Below are positions 63,045-64,000 of a stretch of DNA of 64,000 bases, piece after piece. Both the position numbers and the translations under genes were made by a program. The stretch comes from Lepidodermella squamata. Taxonomy: Eukaryota; Animalia; Gastrotricha. The notes below the pieces were generated by a model, which did no database searches, was not told the origin of the DNA, and saw nothing but the letters and a program-made list of their open reading frames with translations. The first letter of the stretch is position 1, and each line of letters opens with the position of its first letter. The DNA lies in the NCBI GenBank assembly GCA_047495785.1, contig JBLDXI010000074.1, positions 124,001-188,000 of the forward strand. Reading direction: 5' to 3'.

Positions 63045-64000
63045 TTTAGGGAAGTAATTAACGTTATAGGATGAGAGTGGTGTGTTAAAGAAATTGACTT
63101 CCCAGCGCGAGATAAGATAAGATACGGTAATGGAGAGACCGTTCAGTTGAGTCCATGATAATTGCTCATCCGCAGCAGTCATGTGACTTGTCGTCGGTCT
63201 CATGTCAGAAGTAAAGGGCGTGATCGAGAAATGGTATCTTGAAAAAAGGCGGTTCCTTATGCATATAAGCACCGCCCTGAATTTAGAGGTCTGCTCTGGG
63301 TGTTGCGTGCTACAATACCTAGCCGTGGTTATCAAAATATGAATGAAACCAAAATCAATGCTGATTTCCTTAATGCTGATGACTAAAAACAGCAGATTTC
63401 TTCCCGCCCGGTTATATAAAATAGCATTTGGATGCTAAAAGACTCGGCCTTTATTAAATTATTTTTATTGGGTCGATCGGTGGGATATTATTTGCACCAC
63501 GAAAAATGAGGTTCCAGCATTAAATTTAAACGTCCTGGTAATACATTTTTCGGATTCTTTGCGATTTCGGCGTTTTCGATTTTTGATCGATACTGACGAT
63601 CTCCCTGAACTTACGTTTTTTATTTTAGCTACCTGGCGCCGTCAGCTTTTTGGAAAAATTCCGTTAGAAAAATTATCAAATCTGAAAAATCACTGATTTG
63701 TAAAATCAATACTTGGAATCGATATCGGCTCTGCAGGCTGAAGTATAACTCGTAAACTGACCGCTCATAGCGCAAAATACGCGTACTAATAGGAAGATCC
63801 ATCGGTTAGATAAAAAATTGAGTTCCAGAGAAGACATGAAGCTCGAAAAAGCATAGGTATGCATAGGGAAATCTAGTGCTAGAGTCTCGAATTTTGTGCT
63901 GGAACCCTGAATTTAGGGTGCGCACGCCCATATTTTTGTTTTCTTCCTAATTCAACGGAAATTGAGGGTGAAATGGCAATTATAAATCCTTGAATCCATG

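Noticed and set aside
225-63335. Numerous short antisense or overlapping ORFs in the track
   Set aside because: Shadows of real exons or AT-rich intronic frames with non-ATG starts and no motifs.

Overview
Eukaryotic (invertebrate animal, probably spiralian; species not identifiable) genomic DNA with GT-AG introns, many 49-65 nt, so the ORF track shows exons rather than whole genes. In order: the 3' end of HYDIN; a tandem duplication resolved by reciprocal decay (P4H remnant after the real HYDIN, HYDIN remnant before an intact P4H); a two-exon secreted protein of 46 nonapeptide repeats between those copies; three intronless genes (short prolyl 4-hydroxylase, bacterial-style PQQ-like beta-propeller, GT15 mannosyltransferase split by an intact Crypton); an inverted pair of minimal hammerhead-like motifs; five Ly6/three-finger genes; nervy/MTG8; a repeat-flanked aspartic-protease-like pseudogene; Dixin; SLC35C2; three tightly packed GGACT paralogues; SAMHD1; FAAH; an SLC35A-like transporter; a Pif/BMSP-like VWA-CBM14-LamG gene with nested transposons in intron 1; and a convergent alpha-carbonic anhydrase. 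All family calls come from motif recognition by eye, with no database search.
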